Positions 16,300-26,077 of a stretch of 36,779 bases of DNA are shown here, piece by piece (position 1 is the first letter of the stretch; each line of letters begins with the position of its first letter). A program made the translations under genes and the position numbers. Source of the stretch: an uncultured Gammaproteobacteria bacterium (lineage in GTDB: Bacteria > Patescibacteriota > Patescibacteriia > Magasanikbacterales > UBA922). The notes under the pieces were generated by a model. The model made no database searches and was not told the DNA's origin. It saw only the letters and a program-made list of their open reading frames with translations. The stretch lies in assembly GCA_964412535.1 (NCBI GenBank), contig CAYPPF010000005.1, positions 4,190 to 40,968 of the forward strand, read 5' to 3'.

Positions 16300-18069
16300 T
16301 TAGTTGCTTACTTTTTTAAGGTCTACTATTGTTAGTTGTAGTTCTCTATTGCCGTTCCACTCGTTTATGCTCATTTCAAACACTATATCAATTAAGTCTC
16401 CAGGATTTATCATCTTACACCAGTCTTTTTTGTCTCCAGCGTTTCCATTACACAAGTGCCAGCCAATAGTTTTTCTGATTTTACCAGATTTACTCTTTAT
16501 CATTATGCGCAAATGTTTTCCCTCTTGTCCAACTGGTTCTAAAGAGTGGATAGCAAGATTTTTGGAAAGATACTTTGGTTTTTCATTAGCTTGTCCAAAA
16601 GGTTGGAATTTATCCAAAATAGTATACAATTCCCAGTTTACATCATCTATATCTACTTCAGCATCAATTGCCAGGATGGGGAATAGTTCTTGTCCCGAAG
16701 TTTCTTCTTGAAACTTGGCAATCATTTTTTCTTTGAATTCTTCTAGTTTTTCTTTGTTTTTAAGGGTAAATCCGCAGGCCATTGGATGTCCTCCGAATTT
16801 TGCGAAAACCTCTGGCATTTCTTGCATGGCTTGGATTAAGTTAAATCCTTCTATACTTCGCCCTGAGCCAGTTATTTCGCCATTATTCTCTGCCATTATT
16901 AGGCTAGGTTTGTAGTATTTGTCTTTTATCCTTCCAGCAATCAACCCTATCACTCCAGTAGGCCATTCTTTTCCAAGTGCAAACAGTACTGGACTATCTT
17001 TTTCTATTTGTTCGTCTGCTCTTTTTATCAGGTCATCAGTAACCTTCTGTCGCTCCATGTTGTTTTGATTTAGTTCATATGCTAGCTCTGTTGCTTCGGT
17101 GGGACTTTCAGTCATTAGTAGGTTGTATGCAACATTAGCGTGGTTCATTCTTCCGGCAGCATTAATTCTGGGCGCTATTTGGAATCCGACAGTGTGTGAT
17201 ACTAATTCTTTTTTCTTTGTACCGTCTTGTTCCATTAATCGGGCCTCTAGGAGTAGTTTTTGCAGGCCAGTCCTCTGTGTTTTGTTTAATACAGTTAGAC
17301 CATACTTTGTCATTGTTCTTGATTCACCAGTAAGAGGGACCATATCAGCTATCGTGGCAATTGCTACCATATCTAGCATCCATTTTTCAAAACTTTCGTG
17401 GGTAGTGTCATCAACAAGACAAGGGTGTGTTTCCTTATGTCTTGCAAGGAGTCCTTGCATTAGCTTGAAGGCTACTCCACCACCAGCCAATCCTTTGTCA
17501 GGATATGGTTCATCAGGCATATTGGGGTGGATGATTGCAAAGGCAGGGGGGGTGACTTCAGGTATTGCGTGATGGTCGGTAATTATAACGTCAATACCTT
17601 TTTCATTAGCTGATTCCACTTCTTCTTTACTGCTGATCCCACAATCGCATGTGATTATGAGGTTGGTTTTTTCTTCTGCTAAGTTCTTTACAGTATTTAT
17701 ATTTAATCCATATCCATCAGTTTCACGATGGGGGAGGAATACACTTACTTCTTCTGCACCTAGTTTTTTCAAAGTAGACACTAGTATTACAGAGGCACAC
17801 ACTCCATCAGCATCATAGTCTCCGTGCACCACTATCTTTTCTTGCTTTTCAATTGCCTTTAGGATTCTATTCACGGCCTTTTCCATATCTTGGAGCAGGA
17901 ACGGATCGTGTATATCTTTAGAATAGTCTGGGTGAAGGAACTCATCTATTTGTTCTTGTGTGTGTATATTGCGATGATACAACAAATTAGCCACTGTTGA
18001 TGGCATTTCTGGGTGGTTGGCTAGGAATTCAGCCGGTGCATTGTCAAGTACTTTCCAGATTTTTTCCAT
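16300..18069 (-). CDS. recJ: single-stranded-DNA-specific exonuclease RecJ
   Basis: DHH-family motifs VHGDYDADGVCAS, ITCDCGIS and VIITDHH, the DHHA1 motif FGGHPMACGF, and a C-terminal OB-like domain. Confidence 0.93.
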   Translation of the reverse strand: MEKIWKVLDNAPAEFLANHPEMPSTVANLLYHRNIHTQEQIDEFLHPDYSKDIHDPFLLQDMEKAVNRILKAIEKQEKIVVHGDYDADGVCASVILVSTLKKLGAEEVSVFLPHRETDGYGLNINTVKNLAEEKTNLIITCDCGISSKEEVESANEKGIDVIITDHHAIPEVTPPAFAIIHPNMPDEPYPDKGLAGGGVAFKLMQGLLARHKETHPCLVDDTTHESFEKWMLDMVAIATIADMVPLTGESRTMTKYGLTVLNKTQRTGLQKLLLEARLMEQDGTKKKELVSHTVGFQIAPRINAAGRMNHANVAYNLLMTESPTEATELAYELNQNNMERQKVTDDLIKRADEQIEKDSPVLFALGKEWPTGVIGLIAGRIKDKYYKPSLIMAENNGEITGSGRSIEGFNLIQAMQEMPEVFAKFGGHPMACGFTLKNKEKLEEFKEKMIAKFQEETSGQELFPILAIDAEVDIDDVNWELYTILDKFQPFGQANEKPKYLSKNLAIHSLEPVGQEGKHLRIMIKSKSGKIRKTIGWHLCNGNAGDKKDWCKMINPGDLIDIVFEMSINEWNGNRELQLTIVDLKKVSN

Positions 18070-18070
18070 A

Positions 18071-18499
18071 CTATCTTCTGAAGAACTTTATTTTTTTGAA
18101 GTCCCAGTAGGAGTCAGCTAAGAATAGTGAGAACACTGCGAATACGAAGTTGAGGGCAGTAATCTTTTCTAAATAATTTTCTTGTGGATGAAGTTGTAGG
18201 GCGATCAAGGAAATGCCTAGCAACACCCAGTGGACAATTGGTCTTTTGAGGGAATTAACTCTTTCTTCCTCTCCTATCCTACCTCTTTCAACAAGACAGT
18301 AGATTGCATAGAAGATTGTCATTGGAATAAAAAAATACCACTGGTATTCCTGCATATCTAGATTCAGTTCTTGTGTAAAGATGTGGTAGGGGATAAAAAG
18401 AAGGAGGAGAAAGAAAAACAAGAATATCACAGCCATTTGGTAATGGTGGTGTGGTGAAAGATAGTGGTGCTTGTATGAGATGAATTTTTTCCAACGCAT
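18071..18499 (-). CDS. hypothetical membrane protein
   Basis: 142 aa with 4 hydrophobic segments. Tightly packed upstream of recJ. Confidence 0.6.
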   Translation of the reverse strand: MRWKKFISYKHHYLSPHHHYQMAVIFLFFFLLLLFIPYHIFTQELNLDMQEYQWYFFIPMTIFYAIYCLVERGRIGEEERVNSLKRPIVHWVLLGISLIALQLHPQENYLEKITALNFVFAVFSLFLADSYWDFKKIKFFRR

Positions 18500-18503
18500 A
18501 CCT

Positions 18504-18602
18504 TTAGTAGAACAAAGGCATGATAGTAAAGAAAATCATTCCCATGATTGCAATGACCCCTATTACTGTCCACACCATTTTGAACTTTTTGTTTCCCCAC
18601 AT
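18504..18602 (-). CDS. possible 32-aa single-TM micro-protein (below ORF-track cutoff)
   Basis: Hand translation gives MWGNKKFKMVWTVIGVIAIMGMIFFTIMPLFY*. It fills the gap between lepA and the 18499 gene. No SD, which is also true of most genes here. Confidence 0.25.
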   Translation of the reverse strand: MWGNKKFKMVWTVIGVIAIMGMIFFTIMPLFY

Positions 18603-18617
18603 AGATTTTTATGTTAA

Positions 18618-20405
18618 TTAACGTTTTAATACAGCTAAGTAAGCTTCAGTAGGTATGTCTACCTTTCCTTTGCCCATGCTTAGTAGTTTCTTTTTACCTT
18701 TTTTTTGTTTTTCTAAAAGTTTTCTCTTTCTTGTCACATCACCACCATATAGCTTGGCAGTAACATCTTTCCTGAGGGCTGACAATCTTTCTCCAGCAAT
18801 TACCTTTCCACCGACAGCAGCTTGTATCTTTAGTACGAATTGTTGTTTGGGTAGAGTTTCTTTCAAGGATTTGACTATATGTTTCCCTATTCTGAAAGCT
18901 TCATCTCTCCATACTAGGGTGGCCAGAGCTTCTACTTTTTCTTCTGACACTAGTATGTCCATTTTCACTACGTCAGTGGGTTCATATTGCTTGAATTCGT
19001 AATTCAAAGAAGCATAACCACTAGTTACTGTCTTTAGTTTATCATAAAAGTCAGTGATTAGCGAAGCCAAGGGTATTTCATAGTGTAGTATGGCTCTTTG
19101 ATGGGATCCGCTGCTTAGGTACTCGGTATTTAGGTACCTGCCTTTACGTTCTGATACCAGGCCCATTACGTTGCCAATATATTCTTCTGGGGTGATAATG
19201 TCCACGTTCATCCATGGTTCTTCAATTCCTTCTATGTGGTTAGGTTCTGGTAAATCTTGTGGGCTTTTTACCACTAACTTTTCTCCACCTGCTTTTGTCA
19301 CCTTGTATGCAACACTGGGTACTGTCACTATAATATGAAGACCAAACTCTCTTTTAAGTCTCTCTTGAAAAATATCCAGGTGCAACATCCCTAGGAATCC
19401 GCATCGAAAGCCAAAGCCAAGAGCTTGTGAGCTTTCTGGCTCGTATGCAAGGGCTGAATCACTTAGTTTTAGTTTGTCCATTGCTTCGCGCAGGGCAGAG
19501 TAGTCATCACCTTCTTTAGGGAAGATGCCGGCGAACACCATTGGTTTTACTTCCTTGTATCCAGCTAGGGCTTGTTTAGCAGGGTTTTTTTGACTGGTAA
19601 TAGTATCACCAACTCTTACCTCTTCCAGTTCTTTCAACCCAGTAACGATGTACCCAATCTGGCCATTTTCTAGTGTGTTGTCTTTTGTCAGCTTAGGAGA
19701 GTAATGTCCCACTTCCAGAGTCTCAGCTTCAGCTCCTGTTTTCATGAATTTGACCTTTTCTCCTTTTTTCATTTCGCCATCCATTACTCTAATAGAAGCA
19801 ACTACTCCTCGGTAGTCATCATATGAAGAGTCAAATATTAGTGCACTAAGATTTTTTTTATTACCTTCTTCTGGTGAAGGGATATCATCCATTACTTTTT
19901 GCAATATTTCTTCTACGCCCTCTCCGGTCTTAGCTGAACAAGTGAGAATATCTTCTTCTTTGCATCCTAGAAGATGGATAATCTCTGCCTTGGTTTTTTT
20001 TGCATCAGCATTTGGTAAATCAATTTTGTTTAATACTGGAACTATCTTTAAGTTCTGATCAATTGCAAGGTATAGGTTTCCAATTGTTTGGGCCTGCACT
20101 CCTTGGGTGGCATCAACTAGTAATATAGCTCCTTCTACTGCTGCTAAAGAGCGGGATACCTCGTAGTTGAAGTCAACATGTCCTGGGGTATCAATTAGGT
20201 TTAGTACATGGTCTTTGTATTTCATTCGTACAGGTTGTAGTTTTATTGTAATCCCTCTTTCTTGTTCCAGTTCCATTTGGTCTAATATTTGTTCTTTCAT
20301 GTCTCTTTTGTTCACTGTACCGGTCAATTCCAAGAAGCGGTCTGCTAAAGTAGACTTTCCATGGTCAATATGAGCTATGATACAGAAATTACGTGTATTT
20401 TTCAT
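18618..20405 (-). CDS. lepA: translation elongation factor 4 (LepA)
   Basis: NFCIIAHIDHGKSTLADR, LIDTPGHVDF, NKIDL and the LepA-specific C-terminal domain. Trimmed to the ATG at 20405 so it no longer overlaps the murJ stop. Confidence 0.95.
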   Translation of the reverse strand: MKNTRNFCIIAHIDHGKSTLADRFLELTGTVNKRDMKEQILDQMELEQERGITIKLQPVRMKYKDHVLNLIDTPGHVDFNYEVSRSLAAVEGAILLVDATQGVQAQTIGNLYLAIDQNLKIVPVLNKIDLPNADAKKTKAEIIHLLGCKEEDILTCSAKTGEGVEEILQKVMDDIPSPEEGNKKNLSALIFDSSYDDYRGVVASIRVMDGEMKKGEKVKFMKTGAEAETLEVGHYSPKLTKDNTLENGQIGYIVTGLKELEEVRVGDTITSQKNPAKQALAGYKEVKPMVFAGIFPKEGDDYSALREAMDKLKLSDSALAYEPESSQALGFGFRCGFLGMLHLDIFQERLKREFGLHIIVTVPSVAYKVTKAGGEKLVVKSPQDLPEPNHIEGIEEPWMNVDIITPEEYIGNVMGLVSERKGRYLNTEYLSSGSHQRAILHYEIPLASLITDFYDKLKTVTSGYASLNYEFKQYEPTDVVKMDILVSEEKVEALATLVWRDEAFRIGKHIVKSLKETLPKQQFVLKIQAAVGGKVIAGERLSALRKDVTAKLYGGDVTRKRKLLEKQKKGKKKLLSMGKGKVDIPTEAYLAVLKR

Positions 20406-20406
20406 A

Positions 20407-22020
20407 CTATATTTCATCCCCTCTATTAATTTCACCCTGAACATTGGCTAGTTTAAGCCATTTCTTTTTTAGACTTCTATTTAATCGCTTCATTTCCTCT
20501 AATTGAAGGAAATGAAGGATCAGGCCATATACTAGGAGACCAATTGTACCAGATATTGCTCCTTGACTCAAGATGCCCCAAAATCTAGTCATATCCACCA
20601 TCATTGACAGTGGTTGTTTGAGAACTTGGATTACTAAAGCCATTGCTAGGGCTGCTGCAGATATTTTGTACAGGGAGATGATTATTTTGCTCTCTCCAAG
20701 GGTTCCCAAGCTAGTTCGTAACCCAATCCATAGTAAAGACATTTGTAATATCATGGCTAGGGAAAATGCTAGTGCAAGTCCGCTAACACCCATTACATTT
20801 TTCAAATACATTGCAGCTAGTATGTTAGCTAGGGCAGCTACTAGACCTACTAGGAAGGGGGTCCATGTATCGTGTATGGCATAGAAGGTTCGTGCCAGAA
20901 GGGGAATCAAACATTGGGCAAACAAGGAGAGAGAGAAGAAGGCCAGAGTGTTGGCAGTGAGGACAGTATCCCCCCAATTAAATTGCCCTGATCCTAATAC
21001 CACCCTTACTATCTGAGCGCGTAAAAGTAGGAATATAATACTAAGAGGTATTATGAAAAATAATATTTGTTTTATTGTAGAAGACAGTTGGTTAATTATT
21101 TCTTCCTTTTTGTCTTCGGCTGCAAACTTGGCTAAAGTAGGAAAGGCAGCAATTGCAAAAGAAATTCCAATGATTCCAATAGGGAAGTATTGCAAGTTGC
21201 TTGCCAAATTGAATATAGCAATGCTTCCTGCTGTTAGCGTTGAGGCTAGTATTGTAATGACTAGGAGATTTATCTGGCTGGTTGCTAATCCTAGAGTACG
21301 GGGGATCATTAGCTTTCCAATCTTCCTCACATTTTTGTCCTTCCACAGGAGTAGAGGTTTGTACCTAAAGCCGTGATACACAAGAGAGGGTAGTTGAATA
21401 ACAAGGTGGAGAAGAGCTCCTAGTACTACCCCATATGCTAGTCCAGAAATACCGAATTTAGGGACAAGGAAAATAGCGCCGATAATAATACCAAGATTGT
21501 ACATTATTGGAGTGAGGGCATATACCAGAAAGTTTTTGAATGATTGCAATACCCCGCTCACAATACCGCTAATACCTAGTAGAACAGGACTAAGGTACAT
21601 TATTCTGGTTAGGATAATAGTCATCTTGAGTTTTTCTGGATCAAAACCAGGTACAACTAGTTCCATTAACTGTGGAGTGAAGAAAAATAATATTGAACAG
21701 ACGATTACAAGGGCAAGGGCAAGTATATTGAATATAGCACTGGTAACGCGCCATGCCTCTTCTTGATCCTTTACTAGAAGCTTCATAAAGATCGGGATAA
21801 AGCCAGCAGAAAGGGCTCCAACGATAATGAGGTTGTATACTAAATCAGGAATGCGGAAAGCAGCAAAGTATGTATCCAAAATATCACCAGCTCCAAATTG
21901 GTGTGCAAATATTCGATCCCGGACAATTCCTATTATTCGACTTATAAAAGACGCCACAGCTAGAACTAGGGCGGCGCCAGTGATGGATTTAGATTGGGAA
22001 GAAAATATTCTTTTTATCAT
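20407..22020 (-). CDS. murJ: lipid II flippase MurJ (MviN family)
   Basis: 537 aa with about 14 TMs. The N-terminus SRIIGIVRDRIFAHQFGAGDILDTYFAAFRIPDLVYNL is typical of MurJ. Confidence 0.9.
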   Translation of the reverse strand: MIKRIFSSQSKSITGAALVLAVASFISRIIGIVRDRIFAHQFGAGDILDTYFAAFRIPDLVYNLIIVGALSAGFIPIFMKLLVKDQEEAWRVTSAIFNILALALVIVCSILFFFTPQLMELVVPGFDPEKLKMTIILTRIMYLSPVLLGISGIVSGVLQSFKNFLVYALTPIMYNLGIIIGAIFLVPKFGISGLAYGVVLGALLHLVIQLPSLVYHGFRYKPLLLWKDKNVRKIGKLMIPRTLGLATSQINLLVITILASTLTAGSIAIFNLASNLQYFPIGIIGISFAIAAFPTLAKFAAEDKKEEIINQLSSTIKQILFFIIPLSIIFLLLRAQIVRVVLGSGQFNWGDTVLTANTLAFFSLSLFAQCLIPLLARTFYAIHDTWTPFLVGLVAALANILAAMYLKNVMGVSGLALAFSLAMILQMSLLWIGLRTSLGTLGESKIIISLYKISAAALAMALVIQVLKQPLSMMVDMTRFWGILSQGAISGTIGLLVYGLILHFLQLEEMKRLNRSLKKKWLKLANVQGEINRGDEI

Positions 22021-22021
22021 T

Positions 22022-22942
22022 TTAGAGCCACTTCTTCTTTTTCATTACAAGGACAACCATGAAAATGACTAGCAATAGTCCGACAAACATCATCCAGACC
22101 CATAAAGGGTTTTGAGCATATGGGAGTCCTGATATATTCATTCCATATATGCCTGACAAAAGGGTGAGAGGTAGCAAGGCCACAGACATTACTGTTAAGG
22201 CGCTAATTACCTTGTTGGTACGGTGATTGATTAAGGATTCTACTGTTACATGAAGGCCATTAACTGTATCTTTATATGTTTCAGTAATTGACCAAAGTTT
22301 GCTTAAATAATCATTAATATTGTCAAAATACAATGTTAGGTCTTCGTTAAGGAAAGGTTTGCGTATGTGTGAGAGATTGGCTACTAAATATCTTTGAGGA
22401 TCTAGTATCCTTCTTAGTTGTAGTACATTTCGTCTGTGTATGGCTAGTTCTTTCACTGTACCAGTATCTTGTTCTCCTGCATAGATTTCATTTTCAAGCT
22501 CAGAAATTTGTTTACCAATTTTGTCAATGATGGGTTGAGTGGTGTGGAACAATGCTTCAATCAAGCGGTATAGGAGGAAACCAGGACCTTCCTGCATCCA
22601 ATCAGCTTTTACTTTCCTATTTTTCATACAGCGGTAGAAAAAGTTCTTCATTTCTTTTGTTTTGGAGTGTTGGATAGTGATCAAGTAATTATCTCCAATA
22701 AATACATCCACTTCATGAGATCTTACTTTTTGGGCACTGGGGTTCCAAAGAGGGAAGTGAAAAACTAAAAATAAATAGTTTTTGTAAACATCTATTTTAG
22801 GTGTCTGAACCTCTCCTTGCAGATCTTCATAGTCCAAATGATGGAAATTGTAATTGGCCTTTAGGTATTTGAGAGCTTCATCGTCAAGCTTGTCTATGTT
22901 TATCCAAGTAAAGTCGCCTTGTTTCAAGGTTTTTATGGCCAT
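22022..22942 (-). CDS. corA: magnesium/cobalt transporter CorA
   Basis: 306 aa with two C-terminal TMs and the YGMN signature (SGIYGMNISGLPY). Confidence 0.9.
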   Translation of the reverse strand: MAIKTLKQGDFTWINIDKLDDEALKYLKANYNFHHLDYEDLQGEVQTPKIDVYKNYLFLVFHFPLWNPSAQKVRSHEVDVFIGDNYLITIQHSKTKEMKNFFYRCMKNRKVKADWMQEGPGFLLYRLIEALFHTTQPIIDKIGKQISELENEIYAGEQDTGTVKELAIHRRNVLQLRRILDPQRYLVANLSHIRKPFLNEDLTLYFDNINDYLSKLWSITETYKDTVNGLHVTVESLINHRTNKVISALTVMSVALLPLTLLSGIYGMNISGLPYAQNPLWVWMMFVGLLLVIFMVVLVMKKKKWL

Positions 22943-22946
22943 ATTA

Positions 22947-23642
22947 TTATTGCTTAATCTGCTCTATTGGCAGGTTTATAGTTAATGAAGAATAGTCAGT
23001 TCCTGGATCGTCTGGATCGTCTTCAGTGTATAGCATTCCGTCTATTTCTCCTAGACTAAATTTTAGTTCCCTTGTTCTGTCTGTCTTCTCACCCTCTTCA
23101 ATACTATACTTTCCTTTCCTCAGTTCAGTCTTGTAGTATTGGATAAAGAAGTGGGGTTCTGCAGTCAGGGAAGTCCATTCTATTTGCACTATATCTCTAT
23201 GATCAGCCACAGGCTCTTTCATTAATCGTACAAGATCATCCCATCCAGCCTTTTTTTCTATATGCACATCTCCATTTTCATCCGTTGTTTTTTCAGTAGC
23301 AACTTGCTTGTCTAGAACAAGAACAACTGGAGAGAGTATTAGTTTTGGTATGAATGCAGCTATTTCCAATCCACGCCCTTTGTCTTTCCCAGAAATGAAA
23401 GTAATTTTCTGTACATTTTCAGAATCATATACTGGAATGTTAGTGGGGAAGTGGTCTGGCACATTATCAAGTTTTTTAGGTCTTGGTCCTGCTGCGAATT
23501 TGATCAGGAGTATGCCAGCAATCAAAAAAATGACTATGCATCCGCAGCCAGTAAGACATGAGCGTTTTAGACACGAACGCTTTTTGCCTAATTCTTGAAT
23601 TGGCGGTTCCTTTATTTCAACTTGTTCTATATTGCGGCGCAT
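22947..23642 (-). CDS. hypothetical membrane-anchored protein
   Basis: 231 aa. Cys-rich N-terminal anchor (CLKRSCLTGCGCIVIFLIAGILLIKF) and a soluble domain with no recognised motif. Confidence 0.65.
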   Translation of the reverse strand: MRRNIEQVEIKEPPIQELGKKRSCLKRSCLTGCGCIVIFLIAGILLIKFAAGPRPKKLDNVPDHFPTNIPVYDSENVQKITFISGKDKGRGLEIAAFIPKLILSPVVLVLDKQVATEKTTDENGDVHIEKKAGWDDLVRLMKEPVADHRDIVQIEWTSLTAEPHFFIQYYKTELRKGKYSIEEGEKTDRTRELKFSLGEIDGMLYTEDDPDDPGTDYSSLTINLPIEQIKQ

Positions 23643-23777
23643 AAGGAAGACCTAATAAGCCCGTGAGATTAGTGGGCCCATCTTTATTCTTGAATATATC
23701 ATACCAGAAAATTTGTAGCTTGTATAGGTGAAGTATTAGTTTCTGTGATATACTATCCTATATTAATCAACCATATT

Positions 23778-25133
23778 ATGAAAATAAAATTTTGTGGAGC
23801 TGCTCGTGAGGTGACTGGCTCTTGCCATCTCTTGGAAGCAGGAGGTAGGAAGATATTAGTGGACTGTGGGATGTTCCAAGGTTCTGATTTCAATACTGGA
23901 AAGAATCACGATTCTTTTCCTTTTGATCCAAAAGAGGTTGACGTTCTCTTGGTTACTCATGCTCACCTGGATCATGTTGGTAGGATACCCAAGTTGATAA
24001 AAGAGGGGTTTACAGGCAACATATATGCGACTAAGGCCACTCGTGAACTAGCTAAGTTGATCTGGTCGGATGCACACCACATAATGAAGGAGAATAATAA
24101 GAGGTATAATACACCAATATTGTTTAGCGAGAGTGATGTCGCAATGGCATATGACCAGTGCCAAGGAGTAGGCTATGGTCAGACAATAGAGATTGATAAG
24201 GGGATTAGTGCTGTGTGGAAGGATGCTGGACATATATTTGGGGCTTCTTTCATAGAGGTAAGTGCAGAAGGAAAGAAGATTGCATTTTCAGGAGACATTG
24301 GTAATGAAGATGTTCCAATTCTCAAAGATACAGAACCATTAGATGATGATGTGGATGTTTTGCTTTGTGAATCCACATATGGGGACAGGATTCACGAAGA
24401 TATTGATACTCGCAGGGGTATAATACTAGATTTGATTAAAGAAGGTGCTGAAAAAGGTGGTACTATTATGATACCGGCATTCTCTTTGGAAAGAACTCAG
24501 GAATTACTATATGAACTAAACTTACTTAGTGAACATGACAAGGTTCTTCCTAAAATTCCAATGTTCTTAGATAGTCCGTTAGCTATTAATGCTACTGAAG
24601 TATACAAAGAATATCCAGAATACTATGACGAAGCAGCTGCTAAGCTGCACATGGTGGGGGATGATTTTTTTGACTTCCCAGGACTCAAGTTCACATACAA
24701 TCGTGAAGAATCAAAAAAAATTAACCACATGCGTGGATCCAAGCTTGTAATGGCAGGAGCAGGAATGATGAATGGAGGAAGAATAGTACATCATGCTTTC
24801 CGCTATCTCCCAGACCCAGCTTCCACCCTTCTCATTGTCGGATATCAGGCTCAAGGAACTTTAGGGAGAAGATTATATGAAGGGGCTAATCAAGTAAAGA
24901 TATTTGGCGAAGATGTTGATGTAAGGTGTACAGTAAAGGCTATTGGAGCTTTGTCTGCACACGGAGACCAGAAAAAGTTGGTAAAGTGGGTGGGTAGTGG
25001 AAAGAAAGTACCCAAGAAAGTGTTTTGTGTTCATGGAGAAATTCATGCAGCAACAGAACTAGCTCACAGGATACGGGACAAATACAAGACAGAGGCCCTT
25101 ATCCCAGAATATGAAGAAGAAGTGGAAATATAG
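23778..25133 (+). CDS. beta-CASP family metallo-beta-lactamase ribonuclease (CPSF73/RNase J-like)
   Basis: MBL motif THAHLDHVGRIP, then DAGHIFGAS, ESTYGDR, beta-CASP/RMMBL region, C-terminal SAHGD and VHGE. Trimmed to the ATG at 23778. Confidence 0.85.
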   Translation: MKIKFCGAAREVTGSCHLLEAGGRKILVDCGMFQGSDFNTGKNHDSFPFDPKEVDVLLVTHAHLDHVGRIPKLIKEGFTGNIYATKATRELAKLIWSDAHHIMKENNKRYNTPILFSESDVAMAYDQCQGVGYGQTIEIDKGISAVWKDAGHIFGASFIEVSAEGKKIAFSGDIGNEDVPILKDTEPLDDDVDVLLCESTYGDRIHEDIDTRRGIILDLIKEGAEKGGTIMIPAFSLERTQELLYELNLLSEHDKVLPKIPMFLDSPLAINATEVYKEYPEYYDEAAAKLHMVGDDFFDFPGLKFTYNREESKKINHMRGSKLVMAGAGMMNGGRIVHHAFRYLPDPASTLLIVGYQAQGTLGRRLYEGANQVKIFGEDVDVRCTVKAIGALSAHGDQKKLVKWVGSGKKVPKKVFCVHGEIHAATELAHRIRDKYKTEALIPEYEEEVEI

Positions 25134-25144
25134 CTATAAATAAC

Positions 25145-25179
25145 AAAAAACTGCTCACATGGAGTAGTTTTTTGTTTTT
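25145..25179. terminator. bidirectional terminator (RNase gene on plus, large RNA on minus)
   Basis: AAAAAA-CTGCTC-ACATG-GAGTAG-TTTTTTGTTTTT. Confidence 0.65.
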
Positions 25180-26071
25180 CTCTACCCACCTGTGTAGATG
25201 AGTATAGAAGTTGTGGCGCCCTATTAAACAACGGGCGCCAGTGTTTTTCAGAATGAATGGGTGGAATGAGCAGAGGGTCGGGGGTTGGACAACCGTAGTC
25301 GTCCGCCCCCCTTCCCAAAAAATGAGTGGTGGGGTGTAGGCTTTGCACGGGCTGGCTATATACCCCGCGAGCCTGGGAGAACCCCCGCCCTTCCCTAGCC
25401 AGGTTAGGGAGACGTGTTGTTCCTTTCACAGTGTTTATATTCAGCTTACTCCCCAGCTGAAGACACTGTGCTCTCGGAACGTAGCGGCTGTCTGACCTTG
25501 AATTGTTGGTCAGTACATTGAGGTGTGCCCGAAGTGGCAAAACCTCAACCGCTTGCCCCCAACCAATGGGGGGCTCGGTAGAGTGGGGTTACCGGAGACC
25601 CCCACTTGCTCATCGTAGGGACGGCGCTCAGTCATCCAGCGCAATGTGCCCACGATGGAGGAACCCATCTGTGCAAATCCGGAAGTTCCCCAACGCATCG
25701 GCCGGGAGAGAAGGACATCCTCCCCCAACACCACCACACGGTCTTTCGTCCTGCCGCTGCCAGTCAAGTTAAGGTTTCCCCCCACCGCCGTACGAAATAT
25801 ACTTCGTCCGCATTTTGGAGTACTCACCCGCTTATGACATGGTCAACCAGGGCTTTACCGTGCGCTCCACCGCAATGGGCTGCATACAGGTTCCAAGGTC
25901 TACCACCCAGATCCTGGACCGATAGTCCAAAAAGATCTTGTAGTTATCCTAGTCCCGTTACCAGTCCGTGCGATGCCGGCTGAAGACAATTATTGTTGTC
26001 TGCAATCGGCGTCGCATGTGCGACGCGCGTGTAAGGTTCGGTCAGATTGTACTAGAAAGTACATCTGACAA
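25145..26071 (-). ncRNA. candidate large (about 0.9 kb) structured ncRNA, class unknown
   Basis: A perfect promoter lies at 26078-26106 and a terminator at 25145-25179. Line 25561-25620 has 37/60 G+C, against 17/60 in line 26281-26340. Only short overlapping Arg/Pro/Gly-rich ORFs occur, on both strands. Several perfect local hairpins are present (26041-26069; 26009-26026; 25984-26001; 25215-25239). Confidence 0.5.
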
Positions 26072-26077
26072 TAGGGG

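Noticed and set aside
25064-25983. ORF-track frames inside the 0.9-kb G+C-rich block (25064..25540 minus, 25503..25772 plus, 25510..25827 minus, 25606..25983 plus, 25646..25837 plus).
   Set aside because: They overlap each other on both strands, and one also overlaps the 3' end of the RNase gene. They are Arg/Pro/Gly/Ser-rich low-complexity translations with no SD or sensible starts. That pattern is what a G+C-rich non-coding stretch produces by chance.
25145-26071. Identifying the large RNA, or the smaller G+C-rich RNAs at 3742-3912, 7180-7534 and 7601-7775, as RNase P RNA, tmRNA, SRP RNA, 6S RNA, an rRNA fragment or a group I/II intron.
   Set aside because: I looked for the following and found only weak partial resemblances (for example GGAACUUCCGGA and ACGAAAGACCGUGUG, in the wrong order): the P4 strands (GGAAAGUCCGGGC / ACAGAANCCGGCUUA), tRNA-like paired ends with a T-loop, the GGAA-tetraloop helix with AGCA, a GUGYG start with domain V, and conserved rRNA blocks. 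Only a covariance-model search can settle this.
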